Assembly (NCBI GenBank): GCA_051362555.1
Contig: CM120641.1
Span: 38,942,401-39,006,400, forward strand
Length of the DNA: 64,000 nt
Origin: Lingula anatina
Taxonomy: Eukaryota > Animalia > Brachiopoda
Direction: 5' to 3'
The position numbers and the translations under genes were made by a program. The notes under the pieces are model-generated. The model was given only the letters and a program-made list of their open reading frames with translations, was not told the origin of the DNA and ran no database searches. Positions 14,356-34,855 of the stretch are shown in pieces (the stretch's first letter is position 1; each line of letters starts with the position of its first letter).

Positions 14356-17300
14356 ACGTACGCATGCACGCACGCATGCACACATGCACGCACACACACA
14401 AATGTGCCAAAAGTTAATGACACTCAGAATTCCCCTCAGAATTCCAAGCGTTTGTCACACAAAGAGAAGCTGAAGGACTGCAAGTTGGAAATGAATTATG
14501 TGAATGCAGTACATATTTGCCAACAAACGTCGGCTAGATGTATCTTGCTAATATCAGATATCACTTAGCTTGCAGATGTTCTTTAAGCCTGGTAAGAAAA
14601 CGATTTGTCGTGATTTATTGAGTTCCCGACGCATGTGTTTGTATGCCCCGTCATAAGGTTGCAAGCTTTCAAGATTTCAAAAGGTGAGAATTACCAGTAA
14701 AAAATTTTGTAAATGGATTCCTTGCCCCATGAAATGCCAAGTTCCCTGGTATATGGGTATATAAGTGTAAGTCACGAAGTAAAATCGGGAGACGTGACAC
14801 ACAACTGCCCACTCATTAGTTTGACAGTTTGTAATTGTATTTTGATTATTCCCTTTTAACATTTGCGGGTGTCTAGGCAGGCATTTCTAAATGTCACAAA
14901 TCATTTCGTCAGCCTGATATATAAAGCTTACAGCTCCTCTATCTCCTTACAGAAAAAGGCCCTGGATTGGTGATAGAATACTATGCAATTTGACACAGAC
15001 AAGCACATCTGGTTTGACCTATACTTATCAAGCAGATGATTTTTTCCTCGGAGCAAACAATGCATAATGTAGATTAGCAGGACACCATAAGGTATTTCTA
15101 ATGGTAACGGTTTCTAAAAGACGACTCAGGGTGAATAAACCTTCAACCATTTTCCCCTTAGAATTCACTTTGAAAATACCCTGACCCGATATCTGACTCA
15201 AATAACAGGAAAGCTCTGGAAACACTGAATTAAAGGATGATATCTTCCCTTGTCTTCCACCGGTATCTCGCACGCTGACACGCTGTGACAGACATATGAA
15301 TATTTGAAAAAAAATTGAAAGACTTTGTTTTGAAGGAATCGAAAAAGATCGAGATATACAAACTCACAGATTGTTTTATTTTCACAAATAACAATGTCTG
15401 GATCGAATTGAAAGCGTTAACGAAAAAAAATGATTGGCTTTTCGGCAGCAATTTCTAAAAATCAAGATTGGTTTTTTAATCTTGTATTTAATTCACGGAA
15501 GTGATTACAAAACAAAAAGGCGTGTACCAGTTCCGCAGTTCCCCTTGTCATGGGCCTTATTACACTCACAACAGTCCAGATTTTCCAATTAAAGGTCAGG
15601 CTTATCGACGCCATTCTTTCGTAGGGTTTAATGTACAATCATACCGACATCAATAACCTAAGCTACCATTGCTGGCCACCGACCGTTTATAATATAATCC
15701 TCTATCCAAAGTTAAACCGGAGACCTATCGAATTGTAAAAGAGAGAGTCATCTAAAATGAACTTTCCACACACCTCTTTCGTGCAAAAAGATAATTTCTT
15801 GGCATTTCGAATAACCACCCGGGGGACGATAGTAGATTTCTGGTTAAACTTATATACACATGATGATGCATAGAACTATTCTAGTATCCCTTTATTGCCA
15901 TTAGTCTGGGAACAGGATGGCTATTTTGGGTTTTTATTTCACCGAATGAGAAAACAAATATAGAATTTTAAACACATTACAGAAGGAAAATTTTACATTT
16001 GCATGTTTTATATCTATCATTGGAAAGGGGCTGATTACTTGCAAAAGACACTCGGAAGTATATTTTTACTTGACGCTACATTAAGACAATAATAGCTTTT
16101 ATTTACGGGCTGATGGCGAAGAGAAGATCTTCAGCCTTAAACAAACCAATATCGTCTTTAACAAGTACTGAGAGCAATGGCTCTAAGTTGACTTACATTT
16201 GAGTCGATCTTTTTGAAACAGTCCACGTACCGTAGAATTGAACATTTTACTCTACTTTGACACAAAATAGGTAACCAGTAATCCTCCTAAATGAGAATAT
16301 TGAACATGTCTTACAGAAATTACAATTTTTTATGTTGATAGTTACTTTATTTTAGTGGAATTCTCCATATCTATCTCGGTTTGATATGAAACAATATTTC
16401 ATCGTAAGATAAAAAACTTACGTAACTAATTGTTACGTAATAATTGTCGGTAGGATATCGACCTGTGTTCTTGTCAAGGTTTTCTAAGAGAAAGCATATT
16501 GCGTGGACTCATTGCCTGAAACGATTTATATACTTTTTTTTTTGTTAAAATCGATCTCAACGCGACTTAAATCTATAGATTACAAGCACCGCTAACACAA
16601 AATGTTAAGCGACGCTGAAACAATAATTTTTAAAATTGCAAGTTTCGGCAAGAGATTTTGGACTGTGAGCCTATACAGGATCGGGTTGAGCCGCTGACTT
16701 TAGATTATCGATCGACATCAAAAAACAATCAATTTCAAGATCATGGTATTGACTGAAGTCGGCGTGATATTGATCATTTATTCCCCCAATTACCTAGAAA
16801 CCTTCATTCACAATGTGATAAAGGGCAGCTAATGGCGCGTTAACTTGCTAATATACTTGCTTTGTTTCAATAAAGTGAAAAGAGCGCTTCGAGGTAAAGG
16901 CCTAATTGTCTCTCCTGAAGGAGACATTAAAATTCTATCATGGTCATAATCCCAGAGATCAGTCCCTCAAGGAACGCTATGCATGCTTCTAACCATGAAT
17001 ATCGAAAAACATTGCCATTCAGTTAAGAAATAACAGAAAGTAGACGGGGAGACGCAGTGCCGACAGATTAAGTTATGGAAAGCACACTTGTCCAAGCAAT
17101 AAGACAAAAATTGTTATGCTAGTTAATCATATCTTTGTTAAACTCGGCAAAAGTTTATGAAAAATCGCACTGCTGCGTGTCCTATCACTATGGCAGCGCA
17201 ACAGCGTCACTCAGTGACATTACGCTGTATGGTGCACTAATATCACTTTCGCGCGAGCGACCGCGTGGGTCTCTGGGGTTCCAATAAATAGTTGATTATC

Positions 17301-17828
17301 AGCTCATTCCGAACAGTTGGTTGCCTCAATTCCCAAAGTCTTTATCTATTTTGTTTTAATTCCCTCGTTTTTTATTCTGTAAAATCATGCCGGGACGATC
17401 CTAGACGTCTTTAATATCCGAATGGTTGATAATTATTTCAAATGTATAGTTAAAACAGTTTCATCAGACTAGTACAACGACGATATAGTTTCAGTCATGG
17501 TAATCGTTTAGATGTGGTGACATGTACATGTAGCAAAATCATTGGTTTTGATCTCCCCTCCTTACGTGCCATTTATACAGTAAGACTTTTTCATTTCTTA
17601 TCGAGTAGCTGTAGACTTTTTAAAGGATGTAAAAGTTTTTAAACAGTTTTTACCTCTCTGCTGTCTCTAATTTTGATAACAAAAATAGGATTCTTAGCAA
17701 CTATATTTTAAAAACTAAATTGTTATCTTATCCTTTATACGCTTTACCCGAATAGCAATCCAATTTTCGTAATATATGAATTTTAATTCATATATCAATG
17801 GCTGAATAAACTCTGACCTTATCTTATC

Positions 17829-17859
<31 letters not shown>

Positions 17860-20800
17860 CGTGAGCTAAGTTTGTTTTCTCCTTAAGACATCCACTCGTT
17901 TCCTTAGATTTTAACTCTGTCCCAACTAGCCGCAATACATGGCCATAACACGCATCCGAACTATAACGAAGGACACCCGTGCTGCAGTCTTCATGGAAGC
18001 GGGTCTGCGTGTATTACAGGGCCGCTAGACAGGAAAACTAAACAGGTAACTGTGAAACCGCCAAACTGTTTCCCCGGTCTTTCGGGATTAAAAGTTCACA
18101 TGTTTGCCATCTGCACGTTCACACAATGTGCTTCTACTGCAGTCTCACCCACATTTTACATTGACACCATGTATCGTTTCCAGATCTTCGTTGCATCAAT
18201 GGGTCTTGCAGGAGGAGTAAAGTGTTGAAAAGGTTTGTGCTTGGAAGGGACATGGCGGATTTTGAAAACACGTTTTAAATTTGTGAAGAGACCGACCCCG
18301 AAAATCTCTACGAACAAGGATTTTTTTTCAAAAACACTGGTCCTTTTCTCCTTCTAAGACGTTTGTAGAGACCATTGGGTCTAACCGTTTATTTTTAATA
18401 TGCTGCTTTTCTTTTCCGTCTGGTCAGATTCCTTCATTATCTCCTTGACAAGATTCCTTCAACCATACAGTGTTGGGTGCGGCCCAGGCACCTTATGGTA
18501 ATGATTGGAGCAGCCCCAGTTATAACACTGGTCGATTCGCGCGCGTGTTTTCTATACCGTAAGTCCTCACGGACGTATCTACTTAAAAAAATAGGCAAGC
18601 GTCCTATCCTTTCTCGTCTATAAAAAACAGATGTGTGGCTTTATAGGATGTATATGGTCATTAACCGCCTACACAGGATACTGATGTACAGCAGCTTATG
18701 TCATCGAGGTACATGTAGCCAGGCAGCTCTGCGAAGGAACAACATGAGGTTGTCCAACTCTAATTGTGCCCCAAGAATTTGTCCGGAGGCGACGCCATAG
18801 CAGCCAAGTTTCTGACCAAGCCTCAGTTGGTCTGATAACAGACAGTTCAGAGTTATGAGGAAAGGCGTTATCTTGTGGCAGTGAACCTCTGTTAACAGTG
18901 CTGGCCTCATCTACTAGTCAAGCTACAAGTGAATGCTAGTGAATGGTCCGAAGACATCCCCAGAAACAGTTTGTACGGCAGAGGAACGTCTAGGCAGATT
19001 TTCTGCATGACTTCGCTTGAATTTCCTTCACAGCAAACCCTTTCTTTCCTTAAATGGGATGACATGACATATTTCCAGCAGGTACATGTATTTTCAACCA
19101 TGGTGCGCATCACTTCCAATCCTGGACAATATGAGACAATGAAGCAGCTTTCTACATTTAAATAAAATAATTTATCTTATTAGGGACATCATCGCAGGAA
19201 ACTGGGAACGATTACTGAGGTTTAAAGCTACGCCAATAGCTCTCTAGTTAATAGAGGCTGGGTCCATCTTTACTTCCCCCAAAACCGATTTATTATAGGA
19301 GTTTTCTTTCGTTTCTCATTATAGTCTACTCTATCTATGTTTTTTCTACTAATTTTTCTACTAATCTACTAATCTAGCGGTACCATTTTAACCTGCTGTT
19401 TCACCTCTTTCCTTTGGCCTTTGATTTTACTAGCTCCAGCTGGAGCATTTGAACAATGATTGTGATGCGATACGTGTACATGTAACACTAAAACGTATGT
19501 TTGGTATGTTTCATAGTATATACATTTATTACATTTCAAAAGGCCACTAATCTTTGTTACTGAAGAGAATTCCAATTTTCGGTTTGATATTTTCTAAGAA
19601 CAAAATGTAAAAAAAGTTTGATGTGTATTTAGCGAAAATGGCACTTGAAAAGGAGAGACAATTTTCCGTTTTCCACACACATTGCATTTCAGTTGTAATT
19701 CAATCATCGTTGGCAGTCTCTTTCCGTTGGGAGTTAGTAAATGTATATTTTTTTAAAAAAATCGCACGTTGTTTCAGAACTGTCACTGGTATCCAGCGTC
19801 CTAACATTGACCCTGATTGCCTGCGACCGTTTCTTCGGCATCGTGTTTGCAATGAAAGCCCACTTAATGGATCGTAAGGCGCTTCCGTTCATTATTATGA
19901 TATGGGTGATAGCGGCAGGGGTTTCGTCTCCTCTTCTTGTCTACCGGAAACAATTCGAGAGGCAATGGAAAGATCATCTCGAGATATGGTGCGATGATAA
20001 CTGGCCGAAAGTGGAGATGGACATGAGCGCCAACACAACTAGGTGGACACAGCCATCCCGCACTTTCTACTACACCTTTGTTTCTGTGGTGCTTTACTTT
20101 ATCCCAATAGGTATCATGATAGTCGCTTATGCCATGATTATTTGGAAATTGTGGTCTAGTGAACTTCCTGGGGAACAGATCGAATATGAAATTGACGCCC
20201 AGAATAAAATCAAGAAAAAGGTAAGTTTAGAACTTGAAGTGTAATTTTGATTGCTTCGTTAACCAGTAGACGAAATACTTATCATTAAAAGAGAAAAACT
20301 TTATGTTCTAGGACAGATTGAGAACCGTGAGTGAGCGTTAAATGAGACAAATTTTCGCAGGGGCCTTGCAATAACATTGCGTACAGCTGAAACAGAAAGT
20401 ACCTTCACAGTCGCATAGCCGTAGCCTAGGCTGCGCGAAGCCTCCTCGCGGTAGCTTCGCCATCCACCCCCCCCCCTTTTTTTTGTTTTTTTTGAAGAAC
20501 ATTAAGGGGGAGGATGGCAAACATTAAGGAGCGAAGCTTGGAGGATAATACTTGGATATCTTGGATCCTAGTGCGAAGGAAATTTCTGTTTTAACTGTAT
20601 ATGCATATTTTTATTTCTTCATGTTTTAGAGGGAAGTACAATATGGAACTCTTTATCTCACTCTCTTACCAAGTATTCGAATCTCTTCTATTAGTCCATT
20701 CTCTCTTGACATTTCCAATTCTTTTTGGCCTCTTGTCAATTCGCTATCAATTTATAGTCCTTCATTTTAAACCACGTGTTTATAATTATAAATCTGCTTC

Positions 20801-21416
20801 TCACTACTACAAGACAGAGGATTGTTCATACCTATGTCATTGATGATTGAAAATTGAATGGAATTTGTCTCGTGTTTGATTTCCAATATACCCTGTGTCC
20901 CATAACAAGTAATGGGAGTGTTAAATGCATACACAATATATCCGTCACTATATTTTCTGAAATGTACCATGAAGATAAGGCATATTTTCTGAAATTGTAT
21001 TGTTCAATCATTGCCTGGACCATAATTCTTGTACCAACCACTTTTTTACAGCGCGGCCGTGATTCATTGTTATTCGTATTGCGCGATAACCTGATACTCT
21101 GATATAGCGAACAACTATAGCAATAATACTTTCACCAGAAAGAGCTTAAGAGCAAGAATGAAACTGATTATTTTCACTCTGCCTGGTAAATATATGAAAT
21201 GTTTTTAATCCTCAGGTAGTCATCATGCTGTGTGTGATATTGCTTGTGTACGTGATATGTTGGACACCTTTCCAAATCCTGGTGCTGTGGTACGAATACG
21301 GAAAACACAAACATCTCCAGGTAAAAATAAACTGACCTTTTAGATTGTCATATTTGACAGATGATCTGGAGGTGCAAAACAAGAAACTACCTTTCTCTAT
21401 CTGTCTACAAGCCTCC

Positions 21417-21486
<70 letters not shown>

Positions 21487-22033
21487 ATATTTGATAAGGA
21501 TGCGGTGCCTGTACAATGACAGGAAGTTATGGCACATTCTATTTATGATTATAAATTGGCATATGCTTTCTTTTTCAGAATCCGCCATGGTACCCCAAGT
21601 TTGAGTTTTTCGCCCAGTTTATTTCGTACTCAAACAGTGCCTTTAATCCGTTCATTTATGCAGGATTTAACGAAAACTTCCGAAAAGGTAATCTTTGTAT
21701 AATTTCTTTGCTGCCGCTTTCTTGTAAAGTCTTTCAAATATGACCCTCTCAATCGTTTTCATTGCGTTTTGTCACCGATGCTAATACTCATTACTCAAAA
21801 TATCAAAGACGATGTGGGAAAAATAGGGAAAAACAAAAAGTAACGTGCAATATAGCACGTCAAATATTTTTTAAAAATTGGGATCGTTTGTCAGATTAAA
21901 GTAACCTGCTGATCCCAAGCATTGTAATGCACTCACTTGCACACTTGGAGTTTCAATCAAAAACAAAAAGTAATCACAAACTTGTGAATTTAAGTATTAT
22001 TTCATACGAGATATACTGGTACCGTATGTAAGC

Positions 22034-22080
<47 letters not shown>

Positions 22081-22324
22081 CAAATGTAATAAAATGCATT
22101 AATAAAGCGCCTTACTTTTTACAGGTTTCAAAGAGTTGCTGTCGTGTGGCACTGACGCCACTCGAATCAGGCGTTACCCTTACTCTCGCCAGTTTTCGTA
22201 CCGCACAAGTACTACGCAGAGCACGCTCTTTCAGAGTAGCAGCAATTCCAATTCGACACGGCATCTAGACCAACAGCAGCAGAGAGAGCGAGAGGCGTGC
22301 CTAACCACCATGACTCGAGTCTGA
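8069..22324 (+). CDS. Class A (rhodopsin-like) neuropeptide-receptor-type GPCR, 437 aa to the first stop, 5 coding exons
   Basis: Exons 8069-8525, 19778-20220, 21216-21320, 21579-21687 and 22125-22324, all GT-AG and in frame. Motifs: GNxxV (TM1), NLAVSD (TM2), WVLGAFFCK, CDRF (DRY variant), YFIP (TM5), CWTP (TM6), NSAFNPFIY (TM7), NENFR (helix 8). Ligand family not assignable from sequence alone. Confidence 0.93.
11748..11776. repeat. (GA)n microsatellite
   Basis: Pure GA run in GPCR intron 1. Confidence 0.9.
14305..14400. repeat. Compound (CT)n(CA)n/(GCAC)n microsatellite
   Basis: Directly visible. Similar CT/CA runs at about 21423-21482, 22037-22080, 45417-45445 and 54807-54852. Confidence 0.9.
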
Positions 22325-22606
22325 CTGGAGCTTGTCGGGTTGCCAGACAAACAGAATTTCCTAGATATCCCCGGGTCTCATCCCTCCACTAGTCTACTGC
22401 TCCACCAGAGGCGCTCGGTTGGGGCAACTTCTTTCCTCAGCCCTCCAGTCGACCAGCCTAGGCCTCCAAGCAAGACCCTCTCTCGGTCGGCCCCTTCAGT
22501 GGCTGAAGATAGACTCCAGGAGATAGTCCCACTAAAACAGTTGCAACAAGTATCAGGCAAACGGCCAATAAAGAAGAAAATACAACAACTGGAATCCTCC
22601 GTATAA
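22325..22606 (+). CDS. Candidate stop-codon-readthrough extension of the GPCR (93 sense codons, then TAA)
   Basis: In frame with the GPCR directly after TGA-CTG; open to TAA 22604-22606; ends ...QQLESSV; more GC-rich than the AT-rich UTR that follows. Confidence 0.55.
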   Translation: MELVGLPDKQNFLDIPGSHPSTSLLLHQRRSVGATSFLSPPVDQPRPPSKTLSRSAPSVAEDRLQEIVPLKQLQQVSGKRPIKKKIQQLESSV

Positions 22607-25600
22607 AACCAAAACTACTGCCCGCCACTGGCTTTCTGGGTAGACCTACAAAATGTATCCAGATTTGTATTCAAAGGAAAAAAGTTTTCCCCGAAATATT
22701 TCATTAATGAAAAAATTAGCTCTTTCACAACTTCTATTTTACCATTTCACTATTCAAGGGGATGATAGTGAAATATTGTTTGTCTTGCCATCCGACACGA
22801 GAAGGCATTCCATCAGGTACAATACATCGTAGATATTATATGTCACACTGACTTATCTATTGTAATTGATCTTCACCAACTGTAGTGTAACATGTCCCCA
22901 AATGTGGTGTGAATTCTTTTCTCTCAATCAGAACGAGATCCATGTTCAGTAATTGATTTGAGGCAAAACAGCGATTGCACAATGTATACCCTTAATTTTT
23001 TTTTAACTGTCTCTAAAGGTACATTAACTCCGTATGGATCAGTTGAAGCACTGGGGAATTTACATGTTCTAAATAAGAATGATCGATTTAGCAAAGAAAG
23101 AACTGTTTTTCTTCTATGCCTATCTGAGGTATTGTAATTCCGTTTTTGTATATATATATATTTATTTGTTTCATTCAAATGACACTATTAGCCAGTTTAA
23201 ATGTTCACACTGTTTGTCGCAATTTTAAGTTCTTTGCAATGATCACAGGTGTAATGAGAGACTTTTTTGGGAAACCGGTAGAATGTATATCTCAATTTTG
23301 CCAGTAGAGAAAACCACAGCTGTCGAAGGGAATTAAGGCAAATATGCCGCACTGGGCTAGCATTATGTAAATTAAATTGAAATTGATATTATATTGGCAA
23401 AGCATTCCTAACAGGAAATTAGCAATTAAGCCACATGCATCAATAGTAAAAATGAAATGTTACATCGAGAGGTACAAATATAAAAACCACGGCCAACACA
23501 CGCCGAAGTATTGGATTGCTACATGTATTTACGAATTAACCAAGGCAGATCTGATTTGGAAAAAGAAACGGATCACCTCCTTCTCCTGTAAACTTAGTTT
23601 CAACGTCATGTTATCGTTGGTGACATTTTTGTGGAGTCTATTGTGTGGAAAAAGATCTTTAAAATACGGGACTCCTTTGCACTCCCTTCAGAGAGGTTGC
23701 GTTTATAGGAATAGACAAAAAACTGTAGCTCCCTTGATCACTGATTTTTTGAGATCGTTAAAAGATACTTATTTCATTTTATTTTAATTGTTGCTCAACG
23801 AGAGAAAAATTAAAATAATTAAAATAATTTAAGATCTGACAAATGGATTTACAAGACCTTTACTTCATTTTTAGCTAATTTATTTCCATTATTGCATTAA
23901 TTCATTTCAATGTGCATTGATATGGAAAGGGGAGTGTCTAGTTAAATTTTACATCAAATATTAAGCATTATAATGCCATTTAATGTTAAACATAAGGTGC
24001 ATCATTAACACAGCGGTAAAGCATGGCGGGTATAGAGCAAGTATATGTATTATAAAAGTGTAAAAAAATATTTCATGTTATACTGGATATATTTTTTAAG
24101 GCCTGTATTTTTTTTCTTTTTTGGTGTGATTCAAGTTTTGACACATGTATTGACATTTAGGCCACGCTTCTGACTTTTGTGTGTTTGTTATATGTACAGC
24201 GCTGAGGCTGGTCCTCGTTTTCTGTTTTCTTATTAAGAAATGAAAATCATACAGGCATACAATTTCACATTACCTTATGGCAGTATTGATTCCATTCTTA
24301 GGTCCAAAACTTTTAAAGTACACAATCGAATAAAAAAAATCGAAGATAAAGTGGGCGAGTTATTTGCGGCAAGATACAGCAAGTTTTGTAAAGCATTGAT
24401 AATGAAATAAATTACGTTTGAAATACTTCAACAATATCACGATATCACGCACGGAGTTTTTTAAGGACGAGGGATTATTTCCATCGGGAAAGCTTAAATT
24501 TCAGAAAGATTAATTTGGGGGCGTGTTGTCAAACAGTGCCTCGAATGGATGAGAAATATTAGGCTGACACTATTGATGCTTTAGTGTAATACTAAAAGGA
24601 AGCGTCCTAGAATATTCTTTAAGGTACCGTCCCCGTCTGTATTTCGCCTGCTTTGTCTTATGAAACCACTTGCTATAGATAACAATGTGTCTAGCTTGGG
24701 TACAGTCTATGAAATTGTAAATATGTCATGTATGGGTAAAGCAAGAAAAATGATATTTTTAGGTGTCAGGTGAAAATATTGTAAATTGAAGTGAATAAAG
24801 ATATTTGAAAATCTAAGATTCACTTTTTGAATATCTATTGCATGCAGGTTAATGCCACTTGATATATTTGTTAAGTTTTATGTTAACTTTTTTTGACGCG
24901 GGGTGAAAAACGGCAACTTGCATTCCTTGCGTTGTAACCTAAGGTAAAAAAGGCATAAAAGCTGCCAAAGGGACAGATATATGTCAAAAATGATAGAAAC
25001 AGTGACATTAAAACTGTCTAAAAATGAGACCCATGTTGCACCTTCAGCATATTTCAGTAGAATTTCTAATTTTACATTTTTGAATGATGCAGCCAGGTTA
25101 TGTTTGAGTTCTTATTAGCCAAAAATCACCCTCAACTTGCCCTTATATCGTGTAGACAGAAAAAAGTCCTGGGTTCCAATTTTCATTTCTTAGAAACTAG
25201 CCATTATATTTTTACAAAATTTGACTTAATACTATTTCATGCATTCTCTGGTGCATATAAATTTAGCTAAATGGCACTACTGTCACGTAACATTAAATGC
25301 AAAAATGCATCTACGAATATGCAGTGCGATGTGACAGGTAAGGTAGTCCTAGGAATGGAGGTTCACATGTGTAGTGCAGGTAAGGGTCAGTCGAAGTATT
25401 GGGGTTAGTATATGGGACCCGTCGAATGGCACCTATATACAAATGAAGAACAGACCACGGTTCCTAAGAGACAGCCATTCCTGTCACACCGGTGCGATGA
25501 AACTGAGGGTCTGTGTAACGCGGAGTCCACTCTCCATTAAATAATACATGTTAGTGTTAGCCTGACGTAAGTGGGTCAAAATATAGGTCGAGGCTTACCT

Positions 25601-25734
25601 GTGCAAATTAATGGAAACCGGACTCTATCATGGGGAACTCTGTCACGTCACACCTGGATGAAGCCGTTTGATGTCTCCCGGATGATGCTGACTATATCCA
25701 GTCGGCAACGGGAGTGATGCTCGTACGTCCAGAC

Positions 25735-25969
25735 CAGGGGCGGATCCAGGATTATTTGAAGGGGAGGGGGGGGGTCCTCAGATGCAAAGCCGACCCCAAC
25801 CCACCCACTTGGCGTGGGGTTAATTTTTGGTATTTTAGAGGGCGAACAGTGAAATTTGGTACGGTTTAGAACTATGATTCAGCTAGTCAAAATTCTAATT
25901 TCAAGAGGGGACCAGAAATCGAAGGGTGGGTTAGGACCCCCTGACCCCCCCCCTCTAAATCCGACACTG
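25735..25969. mobile_element. Small TIR MITE (CAGGGGCGGATCCAGG-type ends)
   Basis: Left end CAGGGGCGGATCCAGG and right end CTAAATCCGACACTG are imperfect inverted repeats with G/C tracts inside. CAGAC flanks both sides. Embedded in a GC-richer, probably repetitive segment (about 25330-26030). Confidence 0.6.
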
Positions 25970-27233
25970 CAGACAGTGTGTCCATAGGCAGGGTACAAGC
26001 CTGCAAAGGCGCCTTTGGATATTAGCACTAGATCATTTCTTTTAACAGTGAGTGGACCATTTGGTTTTACACAATATTAAGAAATAATTAAATCGAACGG
26101 TTTTTATGAAAGCATATGTAACAGCCCTAAAAATCAAATTGGGAAGAACGAAGCCGTATTTTGTCTTTTGTGATTTTAAAAAGTCACCAAATTTTCATTA
26201 AAAAAATCTTCTCAAATTTATGAAATAAGGTATTTATTCCAAAAGTAACTAAGTTTGCAAGAAGGCTCACTTGGAACGCCCGTCAAAAAGTTATTTCATC
26301 TCAAAGTTTAATTTCAAGCCATGACATTTGCATATCTGTTGTACAAGTTCTGTAAAACAAGAAACAAAAACAAGTTTCAATTCTTTCACAACTTTATCTA
26401 CAGAGTTAATTCAGGACGACTTCCAGTAGATGCATCCAAACTGATATCACCATACATAAACTGAACACCAATGAAATATAAATACATCACACCACGCAAG
26501 ATGTGAAACTTCCAATAGTCTTATGGATTTCTTTAACTCCATTCTTTTAAGTATACAAAGAAAGGACTTTTAGAGAAAACCATGAAAACCTGCACCAAAT
26601 TCATTGGAGACAGTTTAAAGTCTCATTGGTGATAAGTATATGTGCGTATACCAAATGTTTGAATCCTGGAGTTTTAATAACAATTAAATTAAATATCAAT
26701 TACCAGGCTAATTGTTTACAAACAGACATCACATTTATAATTTCCTTTTGTTCGTTGATGCATACATTAATTTCCTGTTCAAAATTGTAATCCAAAATTA
26801 AAGAAAATAATAGACCATCAAATGCCTGTTGTAGTTATAATAATGCTCTCATACTGTAGTCTTGTGGAATTAAAGCATAGGGCAAAGTCCAGTTTCGCAC
26901 TGACACAAGAAAGCAGCAAATCATTTTTTGTTACTCACAATACTATGAGGCATTTCAGTAATTATAGGAAAGAGTATAGTGTTATTGTCAACTCTGTTGA
27001 AGTATATGGGCCTTTTTTTTTTGTTTCTCCCCACAGGAAGGCAAGTTTTGCCGTACACATGAATTACAATAGTAGTAGTGCTTGGACCGATTGAGTTTGT
27101 TTATGCTGTCCATGTGCTTCCTGTGTTGTCATACTGTGTATGCACATACTGAAGTAGGTCACTTGTACTTATATAAGTTAGTCTAAACATCAAACAGATG
27201 GTCAAGATTTGATGTGAACTGTATCGGTGCAGT

Positions 27234-30726
<3,493 letters not shown>

Positions 30727-30868
30727 TTCAAATATACTTAATGATAACAGCAGATAAAATTGTTCTGTATTGTATTAAAATATGCTGAAATGCAGTGATA
30801 CTTATGCAAATGTTAACTATAAATTCAAGCGAAGTAGTACTACACCCGGTTTTTCAAATTGTTTTGGG

Positions 30869-31123
30869 AAAATGGCCGCTTCTAAGTGAGTGAACTGACG
30901 TCACCAGCGGAAATATCCGAACAAAAAAATGATTAAACCACCATTTTATTTTCATAGCAAATATCGATGCTGATATTTTTTGATGTATTTTGAAAGATTT
31001 TTCAGTTACAAAAGTTTTAATTTACTTTCTTTTTTTTTACAATTTTTATTGAATTTAATGACCTTGATGAACTTCACGGAACTTCCGCGAAGCATAGTCC
31101 TTTTCCTATATGCCGCCATATTG
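30869..31123. promoter_or_regulatory. Bidirectional promoter between PP2Ac and RACK1, with a TCT/5'TOP start for RACK1
   Basis: PP2A side: YY1-like AAAATGGCCGC 30869-30879, perfect CRE TGACGTCA 30896-30903, ETS-like GCGGAAAT 30907. Central T-rich tract. RACK1 side: ETS-like ACTTCCGC 31081, pyrimidine initiator TCCTTTTCCT 31098-31107, YY1 GCCGCCATATTG 31112-31123. Confidence 0.75.
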
Positions 31124-31194
31124 ACACGGCGGTCTGGACCTAGGGTGGTGAAGAAATCCACCATAATCAGCCTGTATCAGACGTTGATTTCAAA

Positions 31195-34855
<3,661 letters not shown>

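Noticed and set aside
18690-19070. Possible third Tc1 N-terminal fossil on the minus strand
   Set aside because: Resemblance is only vague; no diagnostic motif survives.
22322-22324. Selenocysteine recoding of the GPCR TGA
   Set aside because: The codon is in a disordered cytoplasmic tail with no redox motif, and I could not identify a SECIS by eye. Ordinary readthrough is more parsimonious.
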